Source of the DNA: the human T2T-CHM13v2.0 reference genome, Homo sapiens
Length of the DNA stretch: 64,000 bases
Direction: 5' to 3' (one strand)
Assembly (NCBI RefSeq): GCF_009914755.1
Contig: NC_060927.1
Within the stretch, counting starts at the first letter, position 1. Each line of letters begins with the position of its first letter. Made by a program: the position numbers and the translations under genes. The notes beneath the pieces were generated by a model. It saw only the letters and a list, made by a program, of their open reading frames with translations, made no database searches and was not told the DNA's origin. Positions 59,462 through 64,000 of the stretch are shown here, in pieces.

Positions 59462-59600
59462 GTGACAAAGTACAGTACCAAAAAACTGTGACTTAAAACA
59501 AAACAAATGTATTGCCTCATTATAGGAGGATTTAGAGGCTAGAAATCTAAAATCCAGGTGTTGGAGGGGCCATGCTCTTTCTGATGGTTCTAGGAGAAAG
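59462..59600 (-). mobile_element. MLT1C/D-like LTR fragment
   Basis: gacttaaaacaaaacaaatgtattgcctca...gaggctagaaatctaaaatccaggtgttggaggggccatgctc. Confidence 0.75.
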
Positions 59601-59893
59601 ATAAGTCAACCCATAAAAGTCTTCAATGTAGTTTTGGCAACTTAAATTGTATGCTGTTTTCCACACTCATGTCTCTCTTTGTAAGAGTTTTCCTGTGAGA
59701 TTCCAGTATGTTAAAATAACTGTGGTTGAGTTTAGTAAACTGCTGTTCAAAGCATTACATTTTTGAATGCAATGGCTGAACAAATCTCTTTTTCATTTCG
59801 TTTGTGAAGGCGCAGAACATAGCCCTTGCTCAGTTGTTCAGTGTGTAGTGTCACCAATACATAAGTTGGCTGAAATAATATATAAGTTACTAT

Positions 59894-62856
59894 TGTTAAT
59901 GGAAAAAACAAGTTCTGTAAAATATCTTAAAGAGGTTTACTTTGAGTCAATATGAGTGACCATAGCCTGAGGAAAACACAAACCCAAGAATCCTTGAATA
60001 AATGGTCCCAAGGTGGACAGGTTACAGTTTAGCTTTATATGTTTCTGGAAGGCAGGAGTTACATGAAAAGACATAAATCAATACACGGAAGGCATAAATT
60101 TGTTTGAATCAAAAAGTTGGGATATCTTGAAGCAGCGACTTAGAAGTCATAGGTGGATTTAGAAATTCTTTAATTTGCAGTTGGTTAAAAAATAAGGCTC
60201 TATCTAAAACTTGGAGTCAGTAGAAATGTTTAAGTTAAGATAAGGATCGTATATCAGTGTCAAACACAATTTACTGGGCCAAATGACCTGTTTAGCAATA
60301 TTTATGGCTTGAGGCATTACTTAACCCTTGCCTTGCATGGCCTTAGGTTTTATTTATAATTTGTTATCTTATTGCCACCAATATGGTTTGATTGTGTTCC
60401 CACCCAACATCTTGAATTGCAGTTCCCATAATTTTCATATGTGATGGGAGGGACACAGTGGGAGGTAATTGAATTGTGGAGGCAGTTTCCCCCAGGCTAT
60501 TCTTGTGATCGTAAGTTCTCACAAAATCTGATGGTTTTATAAGGGGCTTTCCCTTTTGCCTGGCTCTCATTCTTCTCCTTCCTACCACCATGTGAAGAAG
60601 AATGTGTTTGCTTCCCCTTCTGCCATGATTGTAAGTTTCCAGAGGCCTTCCCAGCCCTGAGGAACTGTGAGTCAATTGAACCTTTTCCTTTATAATTTAC
60701 CTAGTCTCAGGCAATTCCTTATAGCAGTGTGAGAATGGACTAATACAGTAAACTGGTACCAGTGAAGTGCTGCTATAAAGATACTGAAAATGTGGAAGTG
60801 ATTTTGGAACTTGGTAACAGGCAGAGGTTGGAATAGTCTGGAGGGCTCAGTAGAATAAAGGAAGATACGGGAAAGTATGGAACTTCCTAGAGACTTGTTG
60901 AATGGCTTTGACCAAAATGCTGATAATGATATGGACAATGAAGTCCAGGCTTAGGTGGTCTCAGAAGGAGATGAGGAACTTATTGGAAACTGGAGAAAAT
61001 GTGACTCTTGCTATGTTTTAGCAAAGAGACTGGCAGCATTTTGCCTCTTCCCTAGAGATCTATGGAACTTTGAATTTGAGAGGAATTATTTGGGGTATCC
61101 AGTGGAAGAACTTTCTAAGTGGCAAAGCATTCAAGAGAAACCACAGCATAAAGGTTTGGAAAATTTTCAGCCTGACAATGTGATAGAAAAGAAAAACCCA
61201 TTTTCTGGGGTGAAATTCAAGCCAGCTGCAAGAAATTTGAATTAGGAATGAGAAGCCAAATGTTAATCACCAAGACAATGGGGAAAAAGTCTCCAGGGCA
61301 TGTCAGAGACCTTCACAGAAGTTCCTCCCATCACAGGTCTGAAGGCCTAAGAAGGAAAAATGGTTTCCTGGGCCCAGCACAGGATTCCCCTGTTCTGTGC
61401 AGCCTCAGGACATAGGGCCCTGCATCCCAGTTGCTTCAACTCCAGCTGTGGCTAAAAGGGGCCAAGGTACAGCTCAGGCCATTACTACATAGGATGCAGT
61501 CCCCAAGCGTTGGTGGCTTCCATGTGGTGTTGAGCCTGTGCAGGCACAGAAGTCAAGAATTGAGGTTTGGAAACCTCTGCCTAGATTTCAGAAGATATAT
61601 GGAAATGCCTGGAAGTCCAGGCAGAAGTCTGCTGCAGGGGTGTAGCCCTCATGGAGAATCTCGCTAGTGCAGGCAGAAGGGAAATGTGGGGTTGAGGTCC
61701 CCACACAGAGTCCCCACTAGAGCACTGCTTTGTGGAGCTGTGAGAAGAGGGCTACTGTCCTCCACATCCGAGAATGGTAGAGCCACTGACAGCTTACAGT
61801 GTGCACCTGGAGAAGCCACAGGCACTCAACAGCAGCCTGTGAAAGCAGCTGAGAGGGGGACTGTACCCTGCAAAGCCACAGGTGCAGAGTTGCCCAAGGC
61901 CATGGGAGCCCACCTCTTGCATCAGCGTGACCTGGATTTGAGACATGGAGTCAAAGGAGATCATTTTGGAACTTTAATGTTTAATGACTGCCCTATTGGA
62001 TTTCAGACTTGTATGGGATCTGTAGACCCTTTGTTTTAACCAATTCCTCCTATTTGGAATGGGTGTATTTACCTAATACCTGTACCTCCATTTTATCTAG
62101 GAAGTTACTGACTTGCTTTTGATTTTACAGGCTCAAAGGCAGAAGGGACTTGCCTTGTCTCAGATGAGACTTTTGACTTGGAATTTGGGTTAATGCTAAG
62201 CTAAGACTTTGGAGGATTGTTGGAAAGGCATGATTGTGTTTTGAAATGTGAGGACATGAGATTTGGGAGGAGCCAGGGGCAGAATGATATAGTTTGGCTT
62301 TGTCTCCACCCATATGTCATCTTGAATCCCCACGTGTGGTGAGAAGGGCCTGGTGGGAGGTAATTGAATCATGTGGGTGATTTTCCCCATGCTATTCTTG
62401 TGATAGTGACTAATTTCTCACAAGATCTGATTGTCTTATAAGGGGCTTTCCCCTTCTTCTCCCTCCTGCCACAATGTGAAGAAGGACGTGTTTTCTTCCC
62501 CTTCTACCATGATTGTAAGTTTCCTGAGGCCTCCACAGCATTGTAGAACTGTGAGTCAATTAAACCTCTTTCCTTTATAATTTACCCAGTCTTGGGCAGT
62601 TCTTTATAGTGCCATGAGAACAGTATAATGCAGCCACAGAGAGTCTATTTTGTCCGTCTAAAGTTCTCTATTTTAACTTTAATGTTGGTCAGTTGTTGTG
62701 TATGTACTCCAAAAGAGAGGGGGTATAATGAGGCTAATCTGAATGCCCTTCAGCATATGGCCAGGAATTCAGTTTTTAAGTTTCACTCAGGTCTCCTTGG
62801 CTAAGAGGGAGCTGGTTCAGTTGGTAGGGGTCTGAGAATTTTATTTTTGGTTTACA
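59894..62856 (-). mobile_element. MER4-group (MER4D/E-like) ERV1 solo LTR, split by THE1C
   Basis: Minus-strand start tgtaaaccaaaaataaaattctc; body gacataaatcaatacac, gtcataggtggatttag. Flanking text ttatcttattgccac|...|gccacagagagtcta rejoins across the insert. Confidence 0.85.
60379..62632 (+). mobile_element. Complete THE1C-like MaLR provirus (5' LTR 60379-60747, internal 60748-62284, 3' LTR 62285-62632)
   Basis: Two LTRs. Internal region starts gtaaactggtacc; PPT gagatttgggaggagccaggggcagaa; peptide VSEGDEELIGNW...RDLWNFEFER. 5-bp TSD gccac at 60374-60378 and 62633-62637. Confidence 0.96.
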
Positions 62857-64000
62857 CCACTTATGGTAAAATAAAAAAGGAGACAGATTGGGAAAGAGGC
62901 TTTTGCAGGGAGTTACCCTGCTGGTCTGATCTTCTTACTATGCTGCTGTTCAGACAGATTTTCTTCTTCCTTCTTGTCAATTTGCCAACTTTGCTCAAAA
63001 AGGAAGTTTGATCTGACTTTTAATGTTACTATGAAAAGAACTTTGTTTTATATTACAGAAAAAATTGCTCTAATATTAAAAGATTAATCCCTTTTGCCTC
63101 TAAACATATGATTAACCATAAATTATCACACTAGACCTGATCACGTCTTTCAAAAGCCTATTAAAAAACAAATTAACCTTTTCTCTCTAGGCTGAACTCT
63201 CTTGTTAATATGAAAATCAGGAGTAATTCAGGGCTCTTAGCTTTTGTTATCCCAGCCATATTCCTTTGTGTTTTTCAAGTTGAGTTGTGACTGGAGAGTG
63301 AGTCATACCAGCTTAATTAATTTAGTTAAGAACCAATTAAAAGCAGCATTTTGTGCATGAGAAAGCTTGCCTGTAATGTTTTGAATTTCGACAGGAGTTT
63401 CCTCATTATTCCACCTTCTATATATATGGCTTGTACCTTAGTGGAAGAAAGGAAAAGATACTTCCTTACTGAGTAAGATATTTCTTAATTTGTCATCGTA
63501 AGTGAATTCATATGAGTTTTCAGTTTTAAGGAAGGCACAATTTACATTTAGTCTCATAAATATATACCATACAACAAAAATATTACCAAGGTTTCTTATT
63601 GTTATAGCAGTTTGTCTAGGTTTATGAATAAGTAACTCATACATTGTCTTTCTCCAGTAAACTAAATGATATAAACCAGCACTACAGAAAGAAGATTAAA
63701 TGGAGGTCCATTCTTTCTGTATCTTTCCCACCCCATTAATTTGGAATGAAACAATATGACATAGTGTAATTTAAAAGTACTGTGGTCTAAAAGTAGTGGG
63801 GTCTTCAGATGCTTGCCTTCTGGAAGCAGATGTTATTTAGACAAAGCACTGGCACATAAGTCTCTTTATCAAGTTCTGTAGGTCCCTGTATGTTACATGT
63901 ACTTGTGTATGGGTAAATCTGGCACATGGATAGTATATACTAGGAAAGAGTGAGAGAAGTATCAGAATTGGCTTATCTAAGGCAGATGTCAGCAAATGTT

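Noticed and set aside
60955-62039. 96-117-aa ORFs in the THE1 internal region
   Set aside because: Broken pieces of the known MaLR internal ORF; no intact frame.

Overview
Primate (most likely human) AT-rich genomic DNA that is dominated by transposable-element relics. I find no recognisable protein-coding gene. Nearly all ORFs in the track are Alu-, L1- or ERV-derived, or are chance frames. The window opens in the 5' part of a minus-strand HERV-H provirus (dead gag, His-tRNA PBS, 5' LTR7-family LTR). That LTR has lost about 100 bp of R/U5, including its poly(A) signal, but keeps the TATA and GC/GT boxes, and the proviral major splice donor is intact. The window also holds about 12 Alu elements or fragments, many L1 fragments, MST/MLT LTRs and MER5/MER20 DNA transposons. 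A multi-layer L1 nest sits at 27.6-38.1 kb, and a complete THE1C provirus lies inside a MER4-group LTR at 59.9-62.9 kb. The signals repeats do not explain are an 86-bp near-perfect hairpin at 15425-15510, a chain of candidate minus-strand exons pointing towards the HERV-H (possible lncRNA), a recent 78-bp tandem duplication and two CpG-retaining unique segments that may be enhancers. Subfamily calls come from recalled consensus sequences and need RepeatMasker/Dfam confirmation. Repeat boundaries are approximate unless TSDs are quoted.
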